From NCBI GenBank assembly GCA_964016885.1, contig OZ024752.1:42656001-42720000 (forward strand): a DNA stretch of 64,000 nucleotides, read 5' to 3'. The DNA is from Eledone cirrhosa (lineage: Eukaryota). A program made the translations under genes and the position numbers. Below, piece by piece: positions 13,280-26,845 of this stretch (within the stretch, counting starts at the first letter, position 1; each line of letters begins with the position of its first letter). Below the pieces are notes generated by a model, which had not been told where the DNA came from, made no database searches, and worked only from the letters and a program-made list of their open reading frames with translations.

Positions 13280-13282
<3 letters not shown>
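12593..13282 (+). mobile_element. 5'-truncated RTE LINE (young family); copies at 15884-16422 (-), 30408-31018 (+), 51922-52571 (+)
   Basis: [12 protein letters not shown]...GRPRKTW ORF2 end, common 3' UTR, (GAT)n tail, variable 5' ends. Confidence 0.9.
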
Positions 13283-13344
<62 letters not shown>

Positions 13345-13715
13345 TATACATGTATGTATGTATGAAAGCAGATTTTATGTTTATTTTGTGCAAAAGGCAA
13401 TGCTGCAAGGAAGTGAGTCTTGGGTTCTGTGTGAAGGAGACCTACAAAGATTGGAAAGAAATGAAGTTTGCATGCTCTGAACTATGTGTACATAAATGGT
13501 GAATTGTTAATAAAATAAGAGAGAATTTGGGCATAAGTGTGGTAAGATCCTGTGTGCAGGAGAAGAGACTGTGGTAGAGTGGACATGTGATGTGTATGGA
13601 AGATAATAGCTGTATAAAAACAGCAGGGTACTTCAAGTTGGTGGAAACTATGGAAGAAGAAGAACTATAGAAGCTTGTAATGATGTAGTAAAAGGTAAAA
13701 GATGACCTCATACAA

Positions 13716-14580
13716 TTAACCATTTAGCATTTAAACCAGCCACATCCGGCCAGAATTCTCTCACCTCTTTCTGTTCAAACCGGCTGTAACTTGCTACTCA
13801 TACTGATGTTAAGGTATTGTTCTCAAAATAAATAATATCAAAATCTCAAAGATTCAATATTATGTGAGGTAAAGTGTTTACCTTGAAAATATAATAGTAA
13901 ATATAGAGTAATGTAAATGATAAAGGGTTAAACCAGCCAGAATTCTTTCTCCTGTTTCTGTTCAAATCAGCTGCACATACTGATGTTAAGGTATTGTTCT
14001 CAACATAAATAATATCAAAATCTCAAAGATTCAATATTATGTGAGGTAAAGTGTTTACCTTGAAAATATAATAGTAAATATAGAGTAATGTAAATGATAA
14101 AGGGTTAAACCAGCCAGAATTCTTTCTCCTGTTTCTGTTCAAATCAGCTGCACATACTGATGTTAAGGTATTGTTCTCAACATAAATAATATCAAAATCT
14201 CAAAGATTCAATATTATGTGAGGTAAAGTGTTTACCTTGAAAATATAATAGTAAATATAGAGTAATGTAAATGATAAAGGGTTAAACCAGCCAGAATTCT
14301 TTCTCCTGTTTCTGTTCAAATCAGCTGCACATACTGATGTTAAGGTATTGTTCTCAACATAAATAATATCAAAATCTCAAAGATTCAATATTATGTGAGG
14401 TAAAGTGTTTACCTTGAAAATATAATAGTAAATATAGAGTAATGTAAATGATAAAGGGTTAAACCAGCCAGAATTCTTTCTCCTGTTTCTGTTCAAATCA
14501 GCTGCACATACTGATGTTAAGGTATTGTTCTCAACATAAATAATATCAAAATCTCATAGATTCGATATTATGTGAGATAG
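13716..14580. repeat. 177-bp tandem array (about 4.5 units) of a piggyBac-type MITE
   Basis: gggttaaaccagccagaattc recurs at 13925, 14102, 14279, 14456. Confidence 0.9.
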
Positions 14581-14691
14581 ATATGTAAGGTAAAGCCTTT
14601 ACCATGAAATGGGTTAGGGTTAGGGTTAATATATATAGATATATATATATTATCGTCATCGTTTTACGTCTGTTTTTCCACACTTCCATGG

Positions 14692-14722
<31 letters not shown>

Positions 14723-14760
14723 CCGATATATTGTATTGGCTGATAGTACTTCTTGCGGTT

Positions 14761-14808
14761 TTGATTGCCCTGATGAGTCCTTAATAGGACGAAACATTGT
14801 TGGCTAAT
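14761..14808 (+). ncRNA. Minimal type I hammerhead ribozyme
   Basis: attgcc-CTGATGA-gtcct(taat)aggac-GAAAC-att-GTT-ggctaat: core, 5-bp stem II, minimal stem III, GUU site, bulged stem I; AATAAA follows. Confidence 0.75.
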
Positions 14809-14849
14809 AAAGACTTTTGATGTATTGAAGGCTTCTTTGTTTTATTTTC

Positions 14850-14893
<44 letters not shown>

Positions 14894-14968
14894 AATACAT
14901 ATTAATGTAGATATGTGTATATCAATATATGCTATTCCACTAAACAGTTATATATACATACACACGAA

Positions 14969-15784
14969 TCTAAACTATAATAAAGTAAGGAGCGCAGGAC
15001 TGCGTACGGTTTATAATTTTTTATCCCATCAGTAAAATAAGTTGGATTACTTTGAATAAATAATTGTTTCTACTTTTGGCACAAGGCCAGCAATTACCCA
15101 GTACATTACTGGTACTTTATTTTATCGACCCCGTATGGATGAAAGGCAAAGTTAACCTCAGCGGGATTTGAACTCAGATCATAAAGGGACGTAACTATGC
15201 TGGAAAGCATGTCCGAGCCTCTACCGATACTGCCAATTCACCGCCCTACTTTGAATAAATAATTGTTTCTACTTTAGGCACAAGGCCAGCAATTACCCAG
15301 TACATTACTGGTACTTTGAATAAATAATGAACGAATATTACATAATTTATCTACTAAATTTCGTGGCTGTTCATTAAATATATTTTATTTATTTAAAGAT
15401 TCACTTCTTTCAAATTTATGAAATGTCAACACTTCCGGTTGGCCATCGCTTAAATAAACATTCTAATTTTCTCCTAATGCAGTTTATAGATAATTTCGTC
15501 TTTTTTTAATGTATCATGGATTACGTTACTGATTACATAAGACAGTGTAACGCAGTCTTCATTCAATTTCTATGTATTATATATTGTCATTATGATTTTA
15601 ACTTTGCCTTCCATCCTTACGGGGTCGATAAAATAAAGTACCAGTAATGCACTGGGTAATTGCTGGCCTTGTGCCTAACGTAGAAACAATTATGATTTTA
15701 TTTTATGCATCATATCTACCTGCGTATAATATACACACTACACATGCTAGCAGAAAACCACCCGAAGAGTGGTTTTTCTGCTAG
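14969..15784 (+). mobile_element. Non-autonomous Helitron, interrupted by SINEs
   Basis: A|TCTAAACTATAATAAA 5' end; subterminal hairpin and CTAG|T 3' end; A/T insertion site. Confidence 0.55.
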
Positions 15785-17488
15785 TATATATAATATATAT
15801 ATATACATACACACAAATACATATAAATGTAGACATGTGTATTATATATTGTCATTATGATTTTATTTTATGCATCATACATATCATCATCATCATCATC
15901 ATCATCGTTTAACGTCCGTGTTCCATGCTTGCATGGGTTTGGACGGGAGTTTTCCCACTTGAGGCAAGAGTAGTTGTCTTGCTCGCATAGGACTGTCTGG
16001 CGGGTTTTCTACAGTTGGATGCCCTTTCTAACACCAACCACATTTACAGTGTGGGACTGGGAGGTTTTTACCGTGTTACCTACACGGTCACATTACAGCG
16101 TGGACTGTGTGTTTTTTTGTCGTGACACCTACACGATCTCATTTGTTTTGGCCTGTATTTTGTGGCACCAACATAACTTTACATTGAAAGGGGGGGGTGG
16201 ATGGGGTGGGGGTGTATTTTGTTAGAGATGCCTACTGACTGTAGTAGGTTTTACTTTGTATTTAGGTAACGCGGGTCTTCTCTATTACTGAGTACCGCCA
16301 AAGCTCTCGGTCCAGTGACATTGTCTTGGAGAGGTGTAAGTGTGTGAGGTCGGAATTTATCAGATTGTCCCAGGTTTTTCTGGGTCTGCCTACTCCGTGG
16401 CTACCGTCTATCTTTATTGCCCTATATATATATATACCTGCGTATAATATACACACTACACATGCTAGCAGAAAACCACCCGAAGAGTGGTTTTTCTGCT
16501 AGTATATATAATATATATATATACATACACACAAATACATATAAATGTAGACATGTGTATATGAAAATATGACTATTCCACTAAACAGTTGTATTGATTC
16601 ACACAAGTCAGTGTCTATTTTTCTCTCTCTTTCTTATCTCTGTTATTGGTTGATTTGTTTATTTATATTTATAATTTGTTTATTTATATTTATAATTTGT
16701 TTATTTATATTTTGCACTTTCTTAGTTTCTAAGTTTGTTTCATGTACTCCACTATCTCAGTCTGAGAATGTCTAGTTTATTGTCATTAGACATCTATCAT
16801 CATCATCATCATCATTTAACTCTTTAGCATTTAAACCAGCCGTATCCGACCAGAATTCTCTCACCGTTTTCTGTTCAAACTGGCTTTAACTGGCCACTCA
16901 TACTGATGTTAAGGTATTTTTCTCAAAATAAATAATACCAAAATCTCTTAGATTTGATATTATGTGAGATAATTATGTGAGGTAAAGCCTTTACCATGAA
17001 AATACAACAGTAAATATAGAGTAATGTAAATGTTATGTGAGATAATTATGTGAGGTAAAGCCTTTACCATGAAAATACAACAGTAAATATAGAGTAATGT
17101 AAATGCTATGTGAGATAATTATGTGAGGTAAAGCCTTTACCATGAAAATACAACAGTAAATATAGAGTAATGTAAATGCTAAAAAGTTAATGTCCAGGGT
17201 TTTCCTGCTATGAAAAGTTCCACAGGTTATCCCAGACGAAGCCAGTACTCAGTTGGTGCTACTGACATCTCAGTTGGGCCAGCATCTCACACCTCACTTA
17301 CATACATTCTTGAACTCTACAGAGTGCACTGGGTGCATTTTATCGTTGCACCAGAACTCGGAGTGTTGTTATGTCTTTGATACAACTGAAAAGCCCTCTC
17401 ATCTTTTTGTTTCACAAGCTCTCTACAGCTGGATGCCCTTCCTATTACCAACCACTTTACAGAGTCTACTGGTTTACAGTTTGTGTGT

Positions 17489-17720
17489 ATCTGGTAGATC
17501 TCTGTCTGTGGACATCTGGTAGATCTCTGTCTGTGGACATCTGGTAGATCTCTGTCTGTGGACATCTGGTAGATCTCTGTCTGTGGATATCTGGTGGTTG
17601 ACTGTCTGTGGACATCTGGTGGTTGACTGTCTGTGGACATCTGGTAGTTGACTGTCTGTGGACATCTGGTAGTTCACTGTCTGTGGACATTTGGTGGTTG
17701 ACTGTAGATATCTGGTAGTT
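17489..17720. repeat. 25-bp minisatellite, about 9 copies
   Basis: Unit atctggtagatctctgtctgtggac. Confidence 0.9.
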
Positions 17721-19440
17721 TGTGTTTATATATGTGTGTGTGTGTGCCAATGTGGTTGGCATTAGGACAAGCATATCCAGATGTAAAAACCAAGCTCAAA
17801 ACAGTTCTGTATGAGCAAGAGTCATCTGATCTGGTTTGTCTCACGATGGGACAACTTGTTTAACTTATGATAATGTAGAAAAATGGATGCTAACTCTTTA
17901 GCATTTACATTACTCTATACATACTATTCTATTTTTGTGGTAAATATTTTATCTCACATAATATCGCACATAATATTGAATCTATGAGATTTTGAAAGTA
18001 TTTATTTTGAGAACAATACCTTAACATCAGTTTGAGCGACCAGTTACAGCCAGTTTCAACAGGAAGAGGTGAGAGAATTCTGGCCGCTTTGAACATTAGA
18101 GGGTTAACATCAGTATGAGTGGCCAGTTATGACCAGTTTGAACAGAAAGAGGTGAGAGAATTCTGGCCGGATATGGCCGGTTTAAATGCTAAAGGGTTAA
18201 ACACTGATGAGGATGGTGAGGAGGATATATGTGGCTGTGTGTGTGTTTATATACATATCATCATCATCATTTTACGTCCGCTTTTCCTTGCTTGCAAGGG
18301 TGGGACGGGAACTGATTCTGGCTTGATTTCTACAGCTGGATGCCCTTCCTAACACCAACCTCATTTACAGTGAGTGCAGAGTGCTTTTTTTTGCCGTGGC
18401 ACCTCCACGACCACTTTGCAGTGGAACGATAGGGACCCCAGTCCCTATCATCTCATTTCTACAGCTGAGTAAACTGGAGCAATGTGAAATAAAGTGTCTT
18501 GCTCAAGGAAACAACACATCACCCGGTCTGAGAATTGAACTCACAACCTTTCGATTGCAAGGCCAATGCTCTAACCACTAAGCCATGTGCCTCCATCATA
18601 TATATATATATATACACACACACAGGGTGTCCCCAAAAAGTCTATACGCACTTTGATTACATGTACAGGTAATATTTATTAAAATGCACAGTTTTTTCCC
18701 AAAATAAAATGATCTACAGACATAATTCTATTGTCTGTAAATACCCAAAAATGTTTACATAATTTAAATAATAAATATAAAATAGAATTTATTTTAATGC
18801 ATTTTTTTTTTGTGGTTGAAGTATGTATACATATTTTGGGACACCCTGTACATCATCATCATCATCATTTAACGTCTATCTTCCACGCTAGCATGGGTTA
18901 GACGGGAATTGTCCCATTTGAGGTAAGATTGGTCAGGTGACACACACACAACCACAGTAAAGTACTCAATATATAACAGAGTATAAATGTTTAATATAGA
19001 AACGCCTTCTACAAGACTAGAACTAATATTATCCTTCGAATAAAACAGTTCTAGACCTGTAGAAGCCATTTCTGTATTATATATATATATATATATACAG
19101 CAGCTGCCATATCACTCACTACAGTCATGTACTCCACCTAACAATAGCTCCCTTTGCCAATTAACCCTAATTATTTATTAATTAAATGCCATTGAATTAG
19201 ATGGCATTCTTTTGATTAATTTATCAGGCAGGCAAGGTGGAGTAGTCAGTGACTTTCACAGGTCCTTTAATGAAGCTAACAATTCTAGGTAACCACTAAG
19301 TATGTCAACACTGACTTAACTGTTTTGTTTTTCCTGCAGAAGGCGTCCTTGGGTATTCCTCTCCTACCCTTTATCTAATTTGTAAGAACTTCCATCTTCC
19401 CCGTTGACTTGAAGTTCTGGATAAAAAAATAATTTACTAC

Positions 19441-19690
19441 ATCCAGCCCACACTGTAAAGTGGTCGTGTAGGAGACACGACAGAAAGCACCCAGCCCACA
19501 CTGTAAAGTGGTCGTGTAGGAGACACGACAGAAAGCACCCAGCCCACACTGTAAAGTGGTCGTGTAGGAGACACGGCAAAAAGCACGCAGCCCACACTGT
19601 AAAGTAGTCGTGTAGGAGACACGGCAAAAAGCACGCAGCCCACACTGTAAAGTAGTCGTGTAGGAGACATTGCAAAAAGCACCCAGCCCA
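19441..19690. repeat. 48-bp minisatellite x5, SINE/RTE-UTR-derived
   Basis: Unit cagcccacactgtaaagtggtcgtgtaggagacacgacagaaagcacc. Confidence 0.9.
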
Positions 19691-20976
19691 CATATATCCC
19701 AAAATTCAAGACTTATGAATATGTGCAGCATATAGAAAATAACACTACTAGACATTGCACACATATTATAAAGAGTAGTCTCGATGTAATAGACAGAACA
19801 ACACTGCACAAACACGAAGCACATAGAATTGTGCTCGGTAATGCAATGACGACATGCAATACAAGCCTTCCGGTGCTAAGGGGCTTAAGTCCCTCCAATA
19901 ATTTGTTTCAATATACTTGTGCTTTGGTTTTTTTTCTACACTCGTATTGACTTTAAATACATATGTTAGTATGATCATGTTTTTAATTTCTTTCTTATGT
20001 TAGTCTCGTATTCGTGATAAAGACAAAAAGTGTGAGCAAATAATAATAATAATGATTTCAAGGCCAGTAATTTGTGGGGAGGGGAAAGTCGATTAAATCG
20101 ACCCTAGTACATTACTGGTGCTTTATTTTATCGACTCCGTAAGGATGAAAGGTAAAGTTAACCTCGACGGCATAATACAAATGTACAGTATATATACTTA
20201 AGGCTCCCCCATCCGATTCCAAAGCTGTAACGGAAGCTCTGAATAATAATATTTTTACTTTTTGGCACAAGGTCAGCAATTATCTCAGTACATTACCGGT
20301 GCTTTATTTTATCGACCCCGTAAAGATGAAAGGCAAAGTTAACCTCGGTGGATTTGAACAGAACGCAAAGGGCCATAACTCCATGTCGCAAAGCATGTTG
20401 TCTGACGCTTTACTTATACTGCCAAACTACCGTTGTTTCTACTTTAGGCACAAGGCCAGCAATTTGAAGGGGTGGAGGAGTCGATTAAATCGATCCCTTC
20501 AATGCATTACTGGTGCTTTATTTTATCGACCCCGTAAGGATGAAAGGCAAAGTTAACCTCGGCGGCATTTGAACTCAGAACGTAAAGGGCCGTAACTCAA
20601 AGCCGCGAAGCATGTTGTCCGACACTTTACCGATACTGCCATAATATTAATAATAAACAAGAATTAATTTTTTTCCCGGATTGCTTCACGTCACGTTCAG
20701 ACTACACACATTGACATAAACACATCGAATTACTATAAAAGTAGAATGTAAACAAAGGCTACTAATCATAACAACAGACGACATTTCTACAGCTTGTAAA
20801 CAGACGTGGCTGTGTGGTTGAGGAGGCGTTCGCTTTGCAACCACGTGGTTTTTGGGTTGAACCAAAAAAAAACACAAATTGGGCGCGTGCCACTCCCTTC
20901 TATATAGCTTCATGTTGACACAAATACCTTATATATATATAGCAAATTGCACTCATATAGTTATTATTTATTTCAA

Positions 20977-21007
<31 letters not shown>

Positions 21008-21120
21008 ATACATACACACGAGAAGGTGATTCCCTTGAAAGGACTTGTAAAAGATGAGTTGAAACGGCTGGGCTTGCCCTTGGGTTCTTGCTTCTTTATA
21101 TATATATATATATATATATA

Positions 21121-21295
21121 GGAGAAAGTATGACCCCGACGACAGAGCTCAAGCCGTTTCGACGGCTATTTCTGGACTAAAGTCAGAAATAGCCGTCGGG
21201 GTCATACTTTCTCCTATTACCCACTCTACTACCCTAAGTATTGAGCACTCTGGTGCGTTATGGTCCATCTGGTTCCTTACCACAACTTCTCCGTT
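21121..21295 (-). mobile_element. GC-rich foldback element between (TA)n tracts; related copy at 63607-63782
   Basis: Shared about 85-bp body plus a palindrome containing GAAACGGCTTGAGCTC. Confidence 0.6.
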
Positions 21296-21489
21296 ATATA
21301 TATCATCATCATCATCGTCGTTTAACGTCTATCTTCCACACTAGCATGGGTTAGGCGGGAATTGTCCCACTTGAGGCAAGATTAATCGGGTGACCGTGTC
21401 TCGCTCGTATAGGACTATATATATATATATATTGTCCGTTCCCTTGTCGTTTTAACTGGGATTGCCTCGGGAACGTAACCTTATGTACG

Positions 21490-21567
21490 AAGCTGTCTGA
21501 TGATGTCACGGCACTGGGTACACGGAATCGTGTGGCCACTGTCGTCATTGAAATATGTATCAGTCTT
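21490..21567 (+). ncRNA. Hammerhead-like motif with long stem II
   Basis: CTGATGA 21497-21503, extended hairpin, GAAATATGTATC 21550-21561, AATAAA 21571; stem I imperfect. Confidence 0.5.
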
Positions 21568-21597
21568 ATCAATAAAAGTAGTTTCAGATGTTAAAGT

Positions 21598-21657
<60 letters not shown>

Positions 21658-24297
21658 TGGCTGTCAACTCGTTTTCGAGTACGGCCACTAGTTTATATCG
21701 ATGTAGGAGAAACCCTACTGATGCGCTGAACGAGTGTGACTTTTTAGTCCAGCCAGCGACTTGAAAACTCTGGTACAAACACTACACTTGTGACAATTAC
21801 TGACACATAGTGCTAGGCCCATGGTACCATGTGACAACAAGTGCAGAGAGATCTCCAGATATAAAGCAATGCCTGTGCCGTGAAGCTTTTATAGTGAGCA
21901 AAGGCACTGCACAAAGCCAGTCCCACTCTCTTAACCAAGATGATATTTACCAAAAAGAAGAACAAGTCAACATCATTGGATACCATCAGGGTTGCAGGTG
22001 TTATATCAGAGTTTTCCTTCTCCTAGAATTCTGCCTTGACAAAGGCTAAGGGGTCATCTCTCCCGGTGATTCTGGATGGCCATTGACTCTTAAGAGGTCC
22101 TTTGCCCTTTTGATATGTATATACATATATATATATATACATATACAATGTGGTCTATATATATATGCATGTAGGTATAACAATGCCATGCCAGATTAGG
22201 TTAGTTACTCCTGACCACTCATCTGGCAAAAGTGAATTATACCTGTAAATCAAAGGGCCAGCCTTGGCACAAGATGCCGCGTTAAAACCCGCTAAGAATT
22301 ATATTAAGGCTACACGTGTCTATGAAATGTCCAGCTACTTGCACGTTAATTTTATGAGCCGGCTGTTCTCTAGGCCTTAATAAAGAAAATATTTCTACTA
22401 TGGTAAGCTGAAATATATAGATAGGTTTCTTTGGTAAACTGAGATAGATATCTTTCTTTATTTGCCACAGGGGCGTACAAAAATGGGACATTAGAAGACG
22501 TGACGGCGGGTGTTTTACATAAATCTTTAACAATGATGAATAACAATAAACTATATATAAAATAAAACAATCGAAATCCTCATTAGGGGGCAACGTTACT
22601 GCGGGGTTGTTTTACACCCCGTGGATAGAACAACCCTCAACACCAGGAACACGTTTTGTAGGTGTTCCCGTCTTCCCTCTGTTTATCTTCCTCAACCTAC
22701 AGAGAAGGCCCAAGATAGATTTCTTTCTTTATTTGCCACAAGACAGGCAGATATACACGCACACGCCTAGCTGCTATTTCTAGCATATCAAACAACCGGG
22801 TGTAGAGTGAGGCTCCGCAGAAAATGTAGGTCAGGTGTGTTGTCTTTATTAAACAGACAGCAGGTTTAGCAGCTACAATGAAAAAGCCAGGTGGCAGGAA
22901 AACGTCTAAAGTTTCCATTAATATGTAGTAGCATCCACGTGGTGCATATTGACATGAGGTAGACTGAGGCAAGAAGTACTTTTGTTAAATAAAGTTGTTT
23001 ACAAGCAACAAAAGCAGACCTAATCATGGAAGAGGGGGGAGTGAGGGAGGATATGGGAAGGTAAAAGTTTGTATAAGGAGGGGGAGGGGGTAATCATTTA
23101 TGGTATCGGGAGGGGAGAGATAAGCGTTTATATGGGAAGGAAGGAGAGGGTAGTGGATTGTAGAGGGAGGGGCTTACAGTTATATGATGGAGAGGGAGGG
23201 GGTAGAGGTTTATGAGACAGACGAGGTGGGAGAGATGTGCTTAGTATAAGAATTAGGAATGGGGGGGGGGGGGGGGAACTAATGGTTTATAGACGAAGGA
23301 GGAGGAAGAACAAATTTGAAGGTGAAGGTTGACAAAACTGCTGACTACGGCCATTAAAGTTGTTGACAGGTTAACTACATAGTAGTGTGGTTAACAAGTT
23401 CGGTTGGCAATCATGAGGTCTGGGGTTCGATCTCACTGTATTGTGTGATATCTTGGGCGAGTATCTTTATCTAGGGTTAATCGAGCGCAAAAGTTGCGAG
23501 TGAAATTCAGCAGACAAAGACTGTATCAAACTTCAAATATTCACAATGTGAAGGTTCACTAGTAAAGATACTACGAATATTTGAATTAACAAACTAGTTT
23601 TTAGATATTTTCTGTTAAATCATTAGGTCCACTAGTAAACATACTATAAACATTTAAATTAACAAACCTGCTTTTATTTTCGCTTAATTCTTACAGAATG
23701 TTAAAGAGATAATTGTTTCTACTTTAGGCACAAGGCCAGCAATTATCCAGTGCATTACTGGTACTTTATTTTATCGACCCCGTAAGGATGAAAGGCAAAG
23801 TTAACCTCGGCGGGATTTGAACTCAGATCGTAAAGGGACGTAACTCTTTGCATCAAAGCATGGCGTCCGACCCTCTACTGATACTGCCAATCCATTAAAG
23901 AGATAATGCTGTAAATTTTCACAGCAATCTGTTCAATAGTAAAGATACTATAAGCATTTATATTAACAGAATTGTTTTTAAATATTTTTTGCTAAATCAT
24001 TACAAAATGCTAAGAGTTAATATCACAAACATTTCCCAAATATAATTACTTGATAGATCTTCATTAAAATTGCAAAAGATATATGACTGATTAAATCTAA
24101 AAACTAAATTAAAATTACCGTATATGTCAGTGTATAAGTCGATCCGGCGGATAGGTCGACTCCTGGTTTGGGAGAGATATTTTTAGGCTTCAAATGTCGA
24201 CATGTACGCTGGCATATACAATATGTTGATTTTTAGAAATTCAGTTATTGAAGTGATTTACTTCATTAAGAATATCAAATAAACGTATATCTATATA

Positions 24298-24584
24298 CAA
24301 GGGCCTTGTTTCAGCGGGGTACCAGCCCCTCCCCCACACACAAACACTTTTTTCAAAAATCTCTGTTTTATTTTTTGTTTATTTGATATAATAAATTCTT
24401 TTTAAGCTTATTTTTTTTTATATCTAAACTTCATTTGAATATATAAAATTTAATTAGTGTAAAATTTTACTTATGTGATAGGGTCCGGGAAAAAAGGGAC
24501 CATAAGCAATACTAACATGCTCCTTTAAGAATCAACAAATGTTGGTTTGTCCCCCTCACATTTTTAAGGTAAACAAGGCCCCTG
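24298..24584. mobile_element. hAT-type MITE with 8-bp TSD
   Basis: TIR caagggccttgttt/aaacaaggcccctg; TSD tctatata at 24290-24297 and 24585-24592. Confidence 0.85.
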
Positions 24585-26529
24585 TCTATATAGAACCTGG
24601 GTGTGCGATGACCCCCAGCTTTGTTTTTAAACCACCAATACAAATACTGCAACACTAAATATGGTGAGACCAGGAGCAACAATAAATAATTGTTTCTACT
24701 TTAGGCACAAGGCCAGCAATTACCCCAGTACATTACTGGTACTTTATTTTATCGACCCCCGTAAGGATGAAAGGCAAAGTTAACCTTGGCGGGATTTGAA
24801 CTCAAAGCAACAATAAATAATGTTTGAAAGGACTGTTCTGTCTATGACAGATTCTCATGAAAAATGCACCCAGTTCACTCTGTTAGGTGGTTGGTGTTAG
24901 GAAGGGCATCCAGCCATAGCAAATATGGAATGTAATAAGCAAGATGAGGTTGCTTCAACCCATCTGGTCTCAGATTGTAACTACTTGTATGACTAATGCT
25001 GGTTTGGAAAGCAAACATGAAATGATGATGATGATGGTGATGGTGGTGGTAAGATACGGGAGGTTTGGGGTTGTGAAAACCTCCCTCTTTACTTTATCAT
25101 GTTCACCACAAGTGAACTAAGTCCTGCTCCACTGGACTCGAGTTTACAAGGCCACAGATTATATAGATAGATAAAAAATAGATATTATATGATGACCCTG
25201 AAGCTATTGTGAATATTGAGAAGATAAGTGAAATAAAATATTAAACATACAACTGAGAATCGAGAGTTTGGTGATGAGGAGGGACAAGGTCAAAAGATTA
25301 GCGCTACTCTGATATTTAACATAATCTAAACTAATCAATAAATCAATAAGGTTTAGCCAAAGTAAATATAACTAATTTAACACTAATATTATCATGGTTC
25401 AAATGTAAGCAAATTGATAAGAGATTAAATCATTTTTCCAAGAAAATGTATTTCGAGCATATAGGAACATAATGAGGTCACTCCAACCCTAACAACCTAT
25501 ATGATTCATGCTGGTGTGGAAAGTGAACATGAAATGATGATGATGGCAAGATAAGTGAGGTTTGGGGTTGTGAAAACCTATAAAGCTCTCCTCTGGATGG
25601 AACACCAGTCTGCTTCATAATTAAAATGTTTGGAGCCTAGAGGCTCATTAGGCTGGAATTTATCCCAATTCCAATCATGTCAACCCTTTAGATACCAACC
25701 CACCTAAATCTACCTCTGGTTCTACAATGCAAAACTTGTTTATAAAACCTGCCATGAAAATAATTATGTAAGAACCTTTTAGTTTATGTTCCAAAGCTCA
25801 GTTTGATTATAAAAATAAGTTAGTTATATTACTAAATCTTTCCAAATTCTTGATATTGAAAATTATTTGAAAACTATAATCTGTGTTTTTCATTGGAAAT
25901 ATGGTAACAACAGGGTTAAATGACAGAAAGTACAAGACTTCCTCTAGATGAGACATCAGTCTGATACATATGTGGACAGAACCAACATGAAATGGAACCC
26001 CTGACCTTATGATAATAAGCTCAACACACCTGAATGATTAAATAAACTACCTGCATCAGTTGTTAGCTACTGGGACACTGCATCCTTTAAAACCTCCATG
26101 CTTCCTGAAGTTCACCAACACTACACCTGATATTTCACCTCCATACACACGCACGCATGTATCTGTGTGTATATCTTGACTCATACACTGTTCACTTTCC
26201 TGACATTTGTACATTATTCTATGCACAATACATGCACCTTTGATGAGTTGTAGTGCACCAGAGCAATGTACACAATAATTTCATTATTATTATAGAATAA
26301 AATAAGGTCATGTTTGTTAACTGAGAAGAAAGCAAGCATTTGTCCTCCATGCTTGAGTGAGCAAATAGTAGATTAGATATAAAAATATTTCCACTCTATT
26401 TAAGAGAATACGAGAAAAATGCTTGCTATGTTACCACAAAAACTGGATATATGGAGACATGGAGACAACAAAGCAGAGTTTTTTTTTCTTTGTTGAAAAT
26501 TATGACTTGCTATTTTCATTGAAAAATAA

Positions 26530-26845
26530 TTGAAGATGATAGGAATAGAGCCAGTGATGAATATTATGAATAGAAATGGAGTGAGATGGTTAGGTCATGT
26601 GTTGAGGAAGGATGAAAGTGGCTGGGTGAGAGGAATAGAGCCAGTGATGAGAAATGGAGCGAGATGGTTAGGTCATGTGTTGAGGAAGGATGAAAGTGGC
26701 TGGGTGAGAGGAATAGAGCAAGTGATGAGAAATGGAGCGAAATGGTTAGGTCATGTGTAGAGGAAGGATGAAAGTGACTGGGTGAAAAAAGTGATGGAAA
26801 TGAATGTGGAAGACCAAAAAACACATAGGTGGGGTTGATGAAGGG
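26530..26845 (+). mobile_element. RTE fragment with a 78-bp x3 tandem
   Basis: [10 protein letters not shown] repeated three times. Confidence 0.7.

Noticed and set aside
14611-14627. (TTAGGG)-like telomeric repeat
   Set aside because: Fewer than three units, abutting a MITE end; not significant
21025-21090. cttgaaagg..gaaacggc..gcc motif between TA tracts
   Set aside because: Core too divergent to call, though possibly a decayed member of the TA-inserted elements
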